Shown here one piece after another: positions 1 through 13,758 of a DNA stretch of 64,000 nt (the first letter of the stretch is position 1; each line of letters begins with the position of its first letter). The stretch covers positions 1,178,001 to 1,242,000 of the forward strand of contig CM061246.1 of NCBI GenBank assembly GCA_022605425.2, in the 5' to 3' direction. The position numbers and the translations under genes were made by a program. The notes beneath the pieces are model-generated. The model was not told where the DNA came from, searched no databases, and worked only from the letters and a program-made list of their open reading frames with translations. Origin of the DNA: Hamiltosporidium tvaerminnensis FI-OER-3-3. Its lineage: Eukaryota > Fungi > Microsporidia.

Positions 1-72
1 AATGATCTCACACCAGTTTCACACTCATTGCCAAGCAGAAAGTTTTTTATGTGGTTATCCTCCCTCCACTGC
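1..72 (-). mobile_element. Terminal fragment of a second copy of the ~745-bp SINE-like element (rest lies outside the window)
   Basis: 1-70 (aatgatctcacac...gtggttatcctccctccact) aligns to 20902-20973 and stops at about the same boundary. Confidence 0.7.
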
Positions 73-82
73 TTTTCATGTA

Positions 83-3000
83 ATTATTTAATAAAATTCT
101 GGGTTAACAAATTTTTCTTTTTAAATAATTTTTTCCACCATTTCAACCACTTCTATCTCTTCCTCCAACTCCAACTCTTCATTTGTATTAGTTGTTGGTT
201 CCTTTGCTGTGGTTATGCCATCCAAAATAAGGGGTAAAATATTTTTTGTATTTTCCGTTTTAACATCATCTTCCTCGTTGTCTACTTGCTTTAAAGGGGG
301 TATTGGTTGTTTATGCATCTCAGCTCCTAAGATAACACTTAATGATGCTCTCTCCCAGCTCTCCTCGGCATTTGGACCAGACTCAAGTCTTCTTCGTCGA
401 TCAAAAGAAATTGTTTCGACTGTCTTCTTGAGTACTATGGATTGTATATATCCCTCTACATTCATAGGTATTTGCAGTCTCTTAACATACGTCTTATGGT
501 ATTTTGTCACAATACCGTCCCAGGTCATCACATAAGGAATTATCTCTACGTTGCATTTATAAATAAGACCTAACTCATTTGCTAATAGGTCATACTTCCT
601 AAGCTTCTCTGTTTCAACTATTTGAAGAGAGTCTTGAGATGTGATTCCTACTTCAATGAGGGTTATCCTATTCTGTTTCTTGTCCAAAATAAATATATCT
701 GGTCTGTTACACCGGATCTTGACATCAGTTTTTATTCAGGTGTCCACTCTTATCTCTGCATATTCGTTATCAAGAATTTCTTGAACTGAGTGGCTTCTAT
801 TCGTTTCGAAGACTTAAACTTATATTTATTCAGCAAGAGTAAATGTATACATCGTACCACTTCATTATGTCGTCTAGTATAGTCATGACCAAGCATTTTT
901 TCACATCTCGTTGCTAAGTGATCAACAGTTTTCCTAGACTGGTTGCAGTGTTGACACATACCTTCTGCACCCCAGAAAACATTTCTATCCTGGATATAAC
1001 AGAACACTGCTTCATCACGTGGTCTTACACTTCCTTTCTTTAACCATCTTGAGGATTCATTTACACTTACCAGCTCGTTATTTCTAGCGCTATATAACTT
1101 TGAATGTAGTTTTCGGTTTTTGATTTCGTTATATAGGTTAGCTAGTTGAGCTTCTTCCAATTTCTTTTTTGTGACATCCTCTTCCAACCCGTATTTTATT
1201 TTTAAAAGTTTTTAATTAGTGAAAGGTGGGTTTTATTATTATTCTCAACCTTTAGGATTGCTGCTCTTCTGGTCGATGTATCTTTATGTTTTTCCAGACA
1301 ATCCAAGAGTTGCAAAAGCCTATGTTCGCTTTTGAACTCGACACTATGTAAACTTCTTCCAAGTTCTTTACGTGGAAGGTACAGACGCTCTTTAAATCCT
1401 GGGCGAAGATGTATCTTGTTCTTTACTAAAACTGCACGCACCGCCTCATCTAACTTAGAGAAGTCAGCCGGTTCAAGTCGGAGTACACCTATATGATAGT
1501 TTAGTAAAGAAATTGCATGTTGATTAATGGCTTAAAATAAATTTCTTGCATTTAATCTCGTGCGACAAAGTCTTTCTACTCGTGCTATAAGTTTGGTCTG
1601 TACTTCCTCAAACGACTTACTTGTTGGAATTCTTCTGCTATCTTCTATAATTCCAAGGTATTTATAAACACCTATTCCTTAAAGAAGAGTAGCAGTATCT
1701 TCACAACATGGATCATTAGTGGTTGACTTCTCTTTGTTAATCTCCAATCCTATATTATTCATAAACTTTTTAACCTCCTCTGTCATTTCTTCCAATGTTT
1801 GTCCATCTTCGGCAAGGAGCTTAAGATCATCAATAAACAAGAGATGATTAGTCGCTGTGATTCTGCATCTGTCTTTATTGTCACTTTTGTGTATTTCTCA
1901 TTAAGCTTTCGGCTCAATGGATCCATACACAACACAAACAATAATGGTGACAAACTATCTCCTTGCAGCATCCCTCTATCAATCTTCTTACTCATGATTT
2001 TTTCAGGCCCTACTGATATATCAATTTTCCATTTTGATATAATTACCTTAAAAAATTTCAGGATCCAATCAGGTAAATCAAGGTTTTCAATGCATTGAGT
2101 CAAATAAGCATTATCTATTGAATCATAAGCTTTTTTACATCAATCCACGTTGCCTTAAGATTGTTTCCATACTCTTTATTAATAGCAACATTTAGCAGGG
2201 CCTGCTCCTTCGCTCCTTGCACACCTCTCACTGCACCCAATTGATTATCTGCTAGTAACCCTCGCCTTTCTACCTCAAGCTGAACAACTTTTGTAACACA
2301 CTTTGTCGTCAGCTTGTAAAGGTTTGACATACAAGTTATTGGCCTATAGTCGGAGCCTTTTTGTGGTACGCTTTTTGGAATGAGATACGTTAGCCCATGA
2401 TAAAACCAATTAGCTTGTGTGTTCCTTCAAAACATATGGCTTTCACAATATCATAAAGATACTTGTGAAGAGTCGTAAGTTTCTTGATATAAAAATTGTA
2501 GATCCCATCAATTCCGGCAGCTTTCCAGTTAGGAAGCCAATTGATAATATCTACAAATTCATTAAGTGAAGGAAACGTGGCCTGGTGAGTATCCGGCACG
2601 AAAGGTATCAGATACTCATCATACGTAACTATTTCATTATTTTTGTTCCACATTGTGGACCAAAAACTTACAATTTCGTCACGATTAACCACATGCTCGG
2701 ATTCCACACGCTCAGACAGGCCACGATAATATCTACCTCGGAACAGCTCAAACATACGATTCTCTTTTCGGAATTTCTTCCTACTTTCGTACATCGTAAG
2801 TTTTTTTTCGTAAACAGTTATCAGCTCATTCTTCTTAACTAAAGCCTCCGATAGATCATTTGTTTTGTTTAGGTCTAAATTAAACTCTCGCATAATTTTT
2901 TTAAGACTTTTAGTTTGAGAAGAGGAGAGTTCTTCCCGTCTACGTGCTTTCTCGAGGATATCTTTTTTAAGTTTTAACACTGAAATTTTACTCTCAATGC

Positions 3001-3866
3001 TTTCTTTCCACGCTGATCTTGGCCTCTCTTTACGTGTTTCATCGTCATAACATACCTGTGCTGTCTGGATAATTCGGGCAACGTCTGTTATCGTCATAGG
3101 TACATGAGAGTCAGCATATTCACCGACTATTCGATTAATAAGATCAAGAACTGTAGTGTCAACCAATTCATTTGGAAGCTTTCGAGTTCGGACTACTACT
3201 TTTCCGATTTCCTCCTCAGATATTTTTTTGATATTACTCAAGTATTTTTCTCTCAGGCTTATAAATCAAGTAGTATCAGTCAAAGAACATGGCTCGGCGA
3301 GACAAGTGGCGATTCGACGTCGCTCTCCATTCTCTTCCTGCCTAATTTCCTCTTCCGTCTTATTGTGTGCCATTCTTTTTAGCACATCGATAGTTTCGGT
3401 ACAGGAGAACTTCTCATTATAGTAGCTCTGTATCTCTTTCCATCCATTTCTAGGCATTCGGTCAAACCTTGTTTGTACTGCAAAAAGAACACATCGAATA
3501 AATTCTTGACGCTCGGCCTCTATAGATCTGAGTATGGATCGGAGTACAACGAGCCTTTCGGAAATAGGTATGGTACAAAGGTTTGGCCACTAGCAGCTAT
3601 ATCTGGCCTAGGGGTCACGGTGCTTGAATGCATAGGTTAGATGGCGGTTATGGTGTTAAGCAAGCATACCTTTGTGTTTGTGTTTGCTTCGCTTGGTGGT
3701 ATAGAGATGTTATTTATGATGGTGGATGGTGTGTATGAGCTTGGCTGTGGAATTCCCTGGTCGTTTTTACACTCTCTAATTACCCCATCCACTTCACTTG
3801 CCCTGTTTGCAGCCTTTATTATTTTTTCTTTTTGTTTTCGCTGCCTACATATTTTCTTATACCCAT
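83..3866 (-). mobile_element. Near full-length non-LTR retrotransposon, RLE type (R4/Dong-like); single ORF broken by frameshifts and stops
   Basis: ORF fragments in order: start MGIRKYVGSE (ATG 3866), ...NWLPNWKAAGIDGIY, RT motifs (QLGAVRG, WIDVKK, GMLQGDSLSPLLF), CCHC knuckle CQHCNQSRKTVDHLATRC...RRHNEVV, and PD-(D/E)xK endonuclease (RPDIFILDK...LIEVGIT...EKLRKY). The 3' end gttaacccagaattttattaaataa is shared with other copies. Confidence 0.92.
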
Positions 3867-6800
3867 AATTTATGTTCTTATAAGAATATATGATTTTAAT
3901 TTATCAATATTACAAATCAATTGGAATCAGCAAATTGAATCACTATATTCTATTTATGTTACTATCTAACCCAAGACTGAATATCCTTTTTATAACGTGT
4001 ATAATAAATTAATTACTTATTCCAGTCTACTTTTACTGTATAATTGAATAATTATAGCTTTTACTAAATTCAGCTTTTTTTTAAAAAAAACATTATTTTC
4101 ATATAAAAGGTGTCTTATATATTCAATATGAATATGAAAAATAACTTGAAAATATTTATTGGATCCAAATCAATATTTTCAAATTGACTACGTATTTATT
4201 TACGATTAGATTACGCTTAGATTTGATGCTCGTTATTACTCGAAATATCGTAAAATAAATCGAATTCAAAAAAGTTAATTTGTGGTTCTATACTCTATTT
4301 ATTATTAACTAAAATCTTTATGTTGATCGAAAAAATGAAAGTTTATTAAAAAATAATACTCTTTAAACCAACGGTCTCTAAACCACAACATGCAGACATA
4401 TTTAATAGGTTCGCCATAATTTTTTTTAATGACTAGGCGTCTTTTAAATGAGAAATTAAAGTACCAAAATATAAATATATTATGCAAAAATCATTCTAAC
4501 TATAGATATTTTTTTTATTTGAATTTGTAGTAAAAAGAAAAATTAACTGATTTTCAACATATCTTTGAGACCAATCACATGATTTATTATTTTATTCTAA
4601 AATTTCAAAATAAATAACAAAAAAGGCATAGCATAATTTATTATCAATCTAATGGATGTAGATGTAATTTTTCACCAATGCTTTCTTGGAATTTGGAGCT
4701 TAATCTAAAACTAGAAATTATGAATAATGACTTTAAATGCTTATCTGTTAATTCTGAGCTAAAATATTTATGTACCTCTTATTTTAGAGAATGTTTTTTC
4801 ACGCAGATAGGTAGTGCTGAAATCGGAAATAAACTCACGAGCAAATATATTGAGATTATTGAATTTGTTAGCCGGAAGAATCTTATAAATTCTAGTAATT
4901 AATTTAATGTTTTTCTTTAAAAATATTTTTAAGATAAATTTTTATTTTTTCAAATATCTGTATGAAACTTAATATTTTATCGAAAAATATTTATAATATA
5001 CAAAGAAGAAATTCTTTTGGTAAATTGATATAAGAGCTATGATTTCTTGGTTCTATAGAACTTTTTTATAAGTCAATGTGACCAGTGTGTTTAAAACTTG
5101 ACAACTCTTTGCTTTAAAAAATAAAAAAAATATATTCGAAGATTGTATTAGAAAGTTATAATAAAGGTTTTTCGTTAATTCTGAAAGCGAATGATTTAGT
5201 AAAAAATCGACACACCTTTAACTACAAGTCTTATTCCTATATTTTTATTAAATATCTGAAATCAATACCATATGTGTTCTTTTAAGGCGTATTTAACCAA
5301 AAATGATATTTTGTCCATAATATTTAAATAATAGTAGATATCTCGTTTATTAAAAACTTGATATACGAACAAATAGTAAATTTTACATTTAAAATCAATT
5401 CATTGCTTTCGTTGTCTACTTTGCTAGAATTATTTCTTTGTGATACTTATTTATTAATATTATGCATGTAATCTATTTCTTGAGTTTTTCAGAAAAATCC
5501 GATTCTCAGAGATTTTGACTTGGTTAATATAAATTTTCGATTGGACAAACGTGTCTTTTTCAACTTAAAATTATGTTATTTCAAATCTTTTAATAAAGAA
5601 TATTTGTCCAAAAAATTAAAATGAGAATCACATCTTTTCCTATATTCATTTGTTCCAGCAATGAATCGTCAAACTAAAAGATTTTGAATTTGTTTCACGT
5701 AAATTATTCAATATTTCTTAATATATTTTCAGTGTTTTTTATTCGTGAGCCCTCCTCTATTTAATTTAATTTCTAATGTAATGTATTTGTGTCTTTTTGT
5801 AACAAAATCGAACTTATGTTATATTTTTGTTATTTGTTTTCGAAGTTCTCTCATTTTTTTATTATTTTTAAATTCGTAAACATCATTGCATTTTCCAAAA
5901 TTTTAGAAATTTCGACAAAGCCCTTTTAAGTATTATGACGACCGATTTGAAATTTTGAATATAGATTCTCAGGTTTATTTGTTGTAAAATACTGAAGCGT
6001 AGGGTCTTTTAAGTTTATTTTTTTTCTCAACTTATGTGCTTAGACTATATTTCTATAAAGAAAATTTACATTAAAATCGGTTCTAATTATTATTTTAGAA
6101 TTTTAGACTTTTTATTCCGTCGATAGGATTTCTTTTTTTAATTAAAATTATCTATAAATATCAATGTATTCTTCGCTTTATTCTTATTCACTTTTAGTCA
6201 ATTTAGTTTTGAAATGAAAAACACATGTGATCTATGCACAAAGACCAAATATAGGCTTTTCCGAATCCTTAATACACGTAAAACATTAAATAATTGGATA
6301 AATCTGCATAAATAATTCAAAATATTTTTATATAGAATGCATCAATGTTTTACGGAATATGACTTACGATTAATTTTCTTAAGGGATTTGATACAACGGG
6401 GTTTTTATGAATCGCAGTAAAGGTCATTGTTAGATATTTCAAAAATTTTCGGATGAATTTGTTTCGCCATGTTCTATAATTTTTACGTACACATTTGCAA
6501 TTAAAAAATTTTCATACAATGCAATATAATTTCAAACGAATTATTAGTTGCTAGGTTATCAATTGTATTTCGAGATATATTCTTTAATGAAGTATTATAA
6601 CTAATCTTACATCAATGCTGAGTTCAGATATATTTGTATTTACACCAAAACTTTAGTATTAAAATGTATCCTTAGTGCATAGACAAGTGTTAAGTGCGTA
6701 TTAGAAATTTAATGTATATTTTGCTACGATCAATTTCATCAGATTCATATAATTCATAGAAAAAGACAACAACATATCAAACTCTGAAAATGTATTTTAC

Positions 6801-6888
6801 TTTGTATTCAGATTGTTTTTAGAAGGTTTTTTAATATATAAAATTTCTGAGTGAATACAATTGCATTTTATAAAAATAGACGAATAAT

Positions 6889-6945
6889 CAAGTAGAGCGA
6901 ACCAGCGCCACAGGAGCCAAGCCAACACAAAGCAACAACACCTCT
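6889..6945. mobile_element. 57-bp GC-rich insertion flanked by an 18-bp target-site duplication
   Basis: TAAAAATAGACGAATAAT at 6871-6888 and 6946-6963 brackets caagtagagcgaaccagcgcc...acacctct. Confidence 0.65.
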
Positions 6946-8517
6946 TAAAAATAGACGAATAATAAAAAAATATTCTTTTTAAACTACATTTATCAAATTT
7001 GTCTTATTATGGGTGAGAATGGCTTTTAAAATATCATATTTTTTCTTTTCAGGTTTTCGTATAACTTTTTTTTCAGCACTATTTAATAAAGGCTGTCTAT
7101 CTTTCTTAGCTTCGATATTTTCTACAATTCTTTTTTAGCGAATCTCTTTCACTTTTCTTTTTCAAACAAAAATAATTTTTGAGTCATTTAAAGTCGTCGA
7201 ATTCAAGATTTGCTATAAGATTCTTGATATTTAGAAATGATCTTATGTAGTATTGCTTCTTTATATAATAGTAATATGTTAAAATACATAACTTATTACT
7301 CATATTCTATGTATACCGGCTTAACTATATTTTAAATATATTTATTAAAAGATGTTAGTTTAGCTATAAGAAAGATTAGATACCGCAAATTCAAGAGAGT
7401 TTTCAATTTTAAAGTAAATTAAAGTTTTTGCTAATCCTTTAATTTATGCGGATACAATTTGGTATGCATATTATATTTCCTGTATTGGTTCTTTTTTAGG
7501 CGTAATTTATATGTTCTACTTATAACGTAAAAAAAATATAATGTAATCGAATGTATGAGTTTGATTATTAAAATAAAATTTAAAGAAAATTTTGTGTATT
7601 TTCTTGCCTTATGTTTAAGTTAGATTTCGCATAAAATAAAAATTATGACTTTATTACCAATTTGTAATTAAATAGTAAATCCTGAAAGAAAATTCATCGT
7701 TTTTTCTTAAAAAATTAAGTCCCGCAAAGAATTTTTTTGCTCGAATAGGGAATAAAAAATTATCATTTATCAGTTATTCGAAAATGTGTAGAATAGCAAT
7801 GGATTATCTAAAAATAATTAGATTTCGATAAAATATTAATCATTTAATTAAAATAATGAAGCAAGAAATTAAAATTAGAGAAAAATATTTTGTATACATT
7901 TGACTTTTTGAAATAAAATTTATTCGAGAATTAAACATTATTCGATTTACAAAACCTTAATCAAGAAAAAATAGTGTGGATAAGTACTTGATGATTTACA
8001 AACGAAAAAAGAGATTCTCTAAAATATGGCATTTCTAAACTAGAGTTTTAAGTATATTATTCTATTGATATAAGCAAATTATCCCAAAGAAATAAAACTT
8101 TAAAATAATTTTAAGTCATTTATAATGTGAAATATAAGATTGTAAACCTATCAGAGTACAAAGAAATTGAGAAACAGTGCTAGATATTATACATTATACA
8201 AATATAAATATAATTTATAACTTTTACTTCTATATATAAAGACTATATGAACATATTTCTCATGAAAAACGAAAAAAAAATATTTAATATATTTCAAATG
8301 AACTATGATTTTATTTGTAATAATTTCATTAATATATTTTATTAAATTGTTATTTAATTTTTAATTTTTAAATAACACTTTAAAAGCTTTTTTATATTTC
8401 CTATAAATCACAATCAATATTAAATTAAAAATTAATTAATTGTGGAACAAAACTCACAAATTAATTAATTTAATTTATTAAAACAGATATATAAATGAAA
8501 CTGAAACAGAGAAAACC

Positions 8518-9150
8518 ATGAATATCGGTAATTATAATCGAAAGTTATTATATGTGATAACAATAATAGGTACTTTTGATTATGTTTTTGGAGCAAGTAA
8601 TTCTCAATGCTGGGCTAAAAAGAAATATTATGGACGTAAATCATCTTCTTCTAGTTCTGATGATTCGAAATGCTGTAAAAGTAGAAGCTGTTCAGGTCAT
8701 AAAATACAAGAAAAAAGGATTCCGTGTCACAGCCGACATCTTTCATTCGATGAAGCATGCCGCAATCATTTGAAGAAATCTTTTCTTTTAGATGAAAGAG
8801 AACATGTCCATTCCGAGTTTTCTTGCGGATTTAAGGAACCTGGTGTAAGTGTATGTAGATCCAAAGGCGATACGGGTAAAAGATTGAAAAATCTGAACGA
8901 AAGAGTAAAACTTGAAAATATCCGACTTGATAATTGTAGAGATCGAATCACAAATATAAGAAACATAAAAATCAAATCAAAATGTGTGAAAAATATCCAA
9001 AAGATTGGAAATAGTATTCGAGCTCTAAGCCACTCAATAAGAGCAGATGGTTTGAATAGTTCAGATATTTTCGACTTGGAATTAGAAGCAGATTCTATCG
9101 AATCCTCTATTTTAGGGTTAGAAAATTATCTAACTATTCACGATGTTTAG
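8518..9150 (+). CDS. Hypothetical 210-aa protein, likely secreted; Ser/Cys/Lys-rich N-half, coiled-coil-like C-half
   Basis: Long ORF in AT-rich DNA, hydrophobic N-terminus (LLYVITIIGTFDYVFG), and aaccATG with upstream atataaa. Family not recognised. Confidence 0.8.
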   Translation: MNIGNYNRKLLYVITIIGTFDYVFGASNSQCWAKKKYYGRKSSSSSSDDSKCCKSRSCSGHKIQEKRIPCHSRHLSFDEACRNHLKKSFLLDEREHVHSEFSCGFKEPGVSVCRSKGDTGKRLKNLNERVKLENIRLDNCRDRITNIRNIKIKSKCVKNIQKIGNSIRALSHSIRADGLNSSDIFDLELEADSIESSILGLENYLTIHDV

Positions 9151-10702
9151 TAAATCCCTTATTATTTTATATCTTTTATTCGATTTTTTTGGACTTAATT
9201 TTTTATTTTTAATCCTCTTGTACCTTTCGGCGTAGAATTTTTAATTTAACAAAATTTATTATGAATTAAGTTATTACTTCATTCAATAAATATTTCGAAT
9301 CTAAAATTTTTCTAAACGTACTAATATTTAATTTCTTATTTTTATAGAATTAAACTAAAAAAAACTTTGAATAAAAGTTATTTTTTATTTTAATTAACAA
9401 GCTCTTCAAATTATTTGCTTTATGTAAAACTTAAGAATGATATAATTGCTTAGTATGGTAAAGAATAGGAAGTTGCTAAATATTTTAATAAAATGGATTG
9501 TCAGCCGTTAAATACTGGTAAAGTAATTCTGATATTTTTTCCATGTCTTATACAACACATATGCAGTAATTATGTCTTTACAAATCATTTTAATTATTTT
9601 AGTATCCGAAGTAAAGTCTTATTAATATGATTAATTTTAACACATCATTTCATCAATAATTATTATTTTATTTGTAATAATAGTGTTCTTACCTTCTATT
9701 TGTATTTCCACACCTATTTTTTAGATTCAAATTCTTTTTTTAAAAAAATATTATAATATCATAGACTATTAAAAAAATCATTTGATCATTTTTAAAAAGA
9801 CCATAAAATTTTGCATTTATTAAACCTAAAAGTTTGGTGTTAAAAGTTTAAAATCCTGAAATATATATATGCTAAGCTAACTAATAGCCTCTAAATAACA
9901 TATATAATGGCTACTAAATTATTTATCCAGTTTCACCGGGCTATATTTTCTTAACTTTAGATTTAATAAATATATTTGCGTTCGAATAAGAATACATAAT
10001 TGAAATAACGTTGTATTTCACAGAAAATATATGTACAAAGATTTTCTATCTTCTACCTCGAATCAAAGAGCACCAGAGTATTCAACAAAAGGTTATTTCT
10101 ATCTCTTTATTCTTTTGCTTTATTTTATCTAATAACTCATTTTATTCACCGTCTTTTAATTAAATTTATTTTTTTTATATATTTTGAGCAATAGTTTAAT
10201 TCAATTTTGTTATTCGCTCGTTAATGTTCAACAATATTTGAGTTAATTTAGTCCTTAACTCTTTCCTGATTGCAAGTATGTGTAATCAAGGTTTTAGTAT
10301 AAGCTTATTTCTATATAATGGCTATATTTTAGGCATATGATTTGCTAATCAATAGCTTTAGAATTGACTCCGGTTCTCTTATCGATAAGGAAATAGGCTA
10401 AATGGTTCATTGAATGTTTATATAAGATATTATTCTAAATTAAATTTGTTTTTAAGCATAATGTAGAATAATATTACATTAGCCAAATAAAACATTCTAC
10501 CGTTTAATTTCTTTATTTCGCCTTGATTACATCTATCAAGCTTTTAGTAATATCTGTTTCTTATAATTTTACTTATTGCAATAATGATATTTAGTTTCAG
10601 TAAAGATAAAAAAAGTATTATAATCAATAAAAGAACATAAAATTTACTTTCTTAACAAAAATTTTACAGTTAAAGTTTTTTTTAATCATTCGAATTTTAA
10701 CA

Positions 10703-10973
10703 TTAATGTCTGAAAGGAGGCATAAAGAAAATATTTCGATCCTGATTTACAGGTCTTTCATTTCGTCTGCAATCATCATCTTTGCCAGTTCCACCACTAT
10801 TTTTAGACGGCTTCTCATTTTTTTTCATTTGAAGGCTTTTTAGTCGAACAACTTTTATTAACACTCATTGTATTCGGAGACAAGCCTGCCTCATTTTCCC
10901 CAGTACAAACAACTTTCAATATTAAAGAAATAAAGCAAATAAAAGCATAACAACCGGTGACAGAGAAATACAT
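10703..10973 (-). CDS. Small putative secreted protein (~89 aa) interrupted by a 1-nt frameshift in an A8 run (homopolymer error or recent pseudogene)
   Basis: gaccATG at 10973 gives MYFSVTGCYAFICFISLILKVVCTGENEAG...KKPSNEK. Removing one T from the T8 run at 10818-10825 continues NEKPSKNSGGTGKDDDCRRNERPVNQDRNIFFMPPFRH* to the stop at 10703. Confidence 0.6.
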
Positions 10974-12504
10974 GGTCTATAAAATTTTAGTTTATTTAAA
11001 TAACTAAATTTTAAAATAAATTATACGTTAAATTAAAAAAAAGTTATATAAAAATCAATCACTTATGTCTCTCTATATAGACAAAAGAGGGGATCATTTA
11101 CGCGTCAAAAAATTGCAAATCAGAAGGTTTTTATTTTTTTAAAAAAGATTTGTTGAAAATACAATCATTTATTTTTAGAAAATATGAGAAGTTATAGATA
11201 AATAATTAAAATTTAAAATATTTAGATATTAGTTTTAATAAATATCGATTTTTTTATTATGTTTAAGAATTGAAGGCTAGGAATATTTAAAAATGTTAAC
11301 ATCGCAATTTTATTTAGTCTTCGAACTGGAACTTAAAGAATTATTTTTACCAAAAAGTATTGATAGACCAAAATTTTATTGTTTAGGAATCTATTAATTC
11401 AAATCTATGCCTCGGAATTAAAAATATTTAAAGATATTAAATTTGTTAGCAAATTTTTGGTTTTAAATTCATTAATTTGGTTTTTTAATGTAAAACTTAC
11501 TGTAAATAACTATAGAATTTATAAAACTTAAGACTTTTTGAAAAACCGAAAGCAAAAAGATATTATATTAGAAAATAAAGTAAAATTATTTGAGAAACGA
11601 AAAAAATTATTTCACAAAAGTTTGTACTTTCAGACACAAATATTTTTATTATTTACGAAATCTGCCATCTTTTATTTGATGCCAAATTTTTGTTAAGGCA
11701 TTAGCAGAGTTATAATTTTACATCGATAACTGCACCTCAGCATACTTTCAATATACACTAAGATACCCACATCCCATTTCTTTTAATCCATAAGAAGAAA
11801 ATAACCTATTTAATGAACGTGTAAGTTGTCCGAAGTTCCTTAATGTTATTGCTTAAAGTGTGATCACAGGCCTAAATTCACTTTTGGCTCATCGAGCTTA
11901 AAAGCGTTTCCCCTTAAGATACTCATCCCTAGCCGAATCGACTTCCAATAAAGATATATAGGCGACTTAGATTTAATTCACTTAGACCTCTAAATGCCAT
12001 ATCGACAAGATTAGCTGGCTTCTTGGGCTTCCTGGCTTTATAAGATTTTTTTATCTTACATGTAAAAATTATTCGAACCTGAGTGAAGAAAGCCAGATTT
12101 AAATGCTTTCGAATCGCAATTCTTACAAAACCAGCTTCAAAATTAATCTCATTATATACAAACCTATAAAAAAAGTTTGTAGAAAGTTTTTCATCATTCT
12201 GTAGATCATTTTCTACTTAAAATAATTCTAATACCCTTTCAAAAATTTATTGTGGTTTTTATTAGACTGAAAGTTCAAACGAAGAAATTTAAAAGAATTT
12301 AAACCTAAACTTTGCAAAAGACATAGTTCTTAAGGTTGTAATCATCCCTCATCCTACATGAAAAAAAAAATTTTAAGTCTACTAAAAAATTATTAAATCA
12401 TATTGCGCAACTCATAGTATCATTATTATTTTGGATATGAGTTAGAATATATACCAAAACTTTTTCGTAAACATTTGATGAGCATTATTGATAAAATATG
12501 ATAT

Positions 12505-13090
12505 TTATTTCAAAAAATTCAGAGTTAACAAATATTTTCTCTTAAATAATTATTTCCATCGTTTTAACATTTCTATCTCTTCCTATAACACCGACTCTTC
12601 ATTTACATTGATTAAATCATCTAAAATAAGAAGTAAAACATTTTTTGTATTTTCTGTGTTAACACCATCTTCCTCATTGTTTATGTGTATCAACTCCTTC
12701 AATAACACTTAATGACGCTCTTTCCCAGCTCTCTTCGGCATTTGGTCGAGACGCAAGTCCTCTTCGTCAATCAAAAGTGTTGTTTCGACTGTCATTTTGA
12801 GAACTATCAACTAAATTTATGCTTCTATATTGCCGAGTATTTGTTATTTGACATAATTCTTATGGTGTTTTGCTACAATATCGCCCCAGTCATCACATAA
12901 GAAATCAGTTCTACACTATATTTTTAAACAAGACCTACTCAATTGCTTATAAGTCTATTTTCTAAGCTCCAATTTTTTGACCATTTGAAATGAATCTTGG
13001 GAATTAATCCCTACATCAAAGAGGGTTATCTTATTCTGCCTCTTGTCTAAAATATATATATCGAGGCTATATTCCCAATTTTGACATCAG
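12505..13090 (-). mobile_element. Degenerate 5'-truncated copy of the RLE-type retrotransposon (endonuclease region plus 3' end)
   Basis: Collinear nucleotide similarity to ~90-730 (e.g. gagggttatcttattctg, tttcccagctctcttcggcatttgg, ttgacatcag). Confidence 0.85.
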
Positions 13091-13448
13091 AAAATATGAT
13101 ATTTTTATTTATTAGAATTAAGTTAGCAATTATTAATTAGTTGACTATTTATTTCTTCACATGTTTATATTCAATTTTTTGCTTTTTCAAATTGAATAAT
13201 TCAAAATCTAAGTTTACAAACATAAAACAAAAAAGTATTTCAAAATTATTTAACTTAAATTTTTTAAAGTAAAACTTTGTAAAAAACGCGAATTTCGCAT
13301 ATTAAAAATTCTTTTTAAACTATTATTTGTTTAATTATTTCATAGCTAGTTTTATTTTATTCTTTTAGTCTCAACTAATTTTTACATATTTCTTTCATAA
13401 ATAGTTTTTCGTGGTTTATTGGTTTTTAAAAAATTAAATTCTTTATTT

Positions 13449-13452
13449 CCCC
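13449..13452 (+). promoter_or_regulatory. Microsporidian CCC motif immediately before the RPB11 ATG
   Basis: tttccccATG. CCC/GGG-like motifs just upstream of start codons are an established microsporidian feature. Similar contexts: aaaccctcagATG (eIF6) and cgcccATG (34306). Confidence 0.6.
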
Positions 13453-13758
13453 ATGACTGAAGAAATAAAAAAACTTACAATTGAATATGACAAAAAAACA
13501 CCAAATACAGTTGAATTCATAATTCACGATGAATCACATACACTTGCAAATATGATAACTGAAAGATTTCTTAAAGATCAAAGATGTACATTTAGCGCCT
13601 ATAAGATTGTACATCCGTTAGATAACAACGTTCATATTCGTGTAACCGCTATTAGATCCATAAATGTCAAATCACTAATTATAGAAGTTTTGAAGTCTTT
13701 TGAAACTGAAATAAATGAACTTTGTGAACAATTTGTAAATTTAGAAAAAAATATTTAA
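13453..13758 (+). CDS. RPB11: DNA-directed RNA polymerase II subunit RPB11
   Basis: KKLTIEYDKKTPN...DESHTLAN...LKD...FSAYKIVHPL...IRV matches the RPB11 pattern (EDHTLGN...LLKDP...AGYKVPHPL) better than paralog RPC19. Confidence 0.88.
   Translation: MTEEIKKLTIEYDKKTPNTVEFIIHDESHTLANMITERFLKDQRCTFSAYKIVHPLDNNVHIRVTAIRSINVKSLIIEVLKSFETEINELCEQFVNLEKNI

Noticed and set aside
209-3868. Plus-strand ORFs over the first retrotransposon (and minus-strand ORFs over 34178-38873 and 62637-63427)
   Set aside because: Antisense shadows of retrotransposon ORFs.
11760-12050. Slightly GC-elevated tract, possible TE relic
   Set aside because: No recognisable motif, ORF, TSD or second copy.
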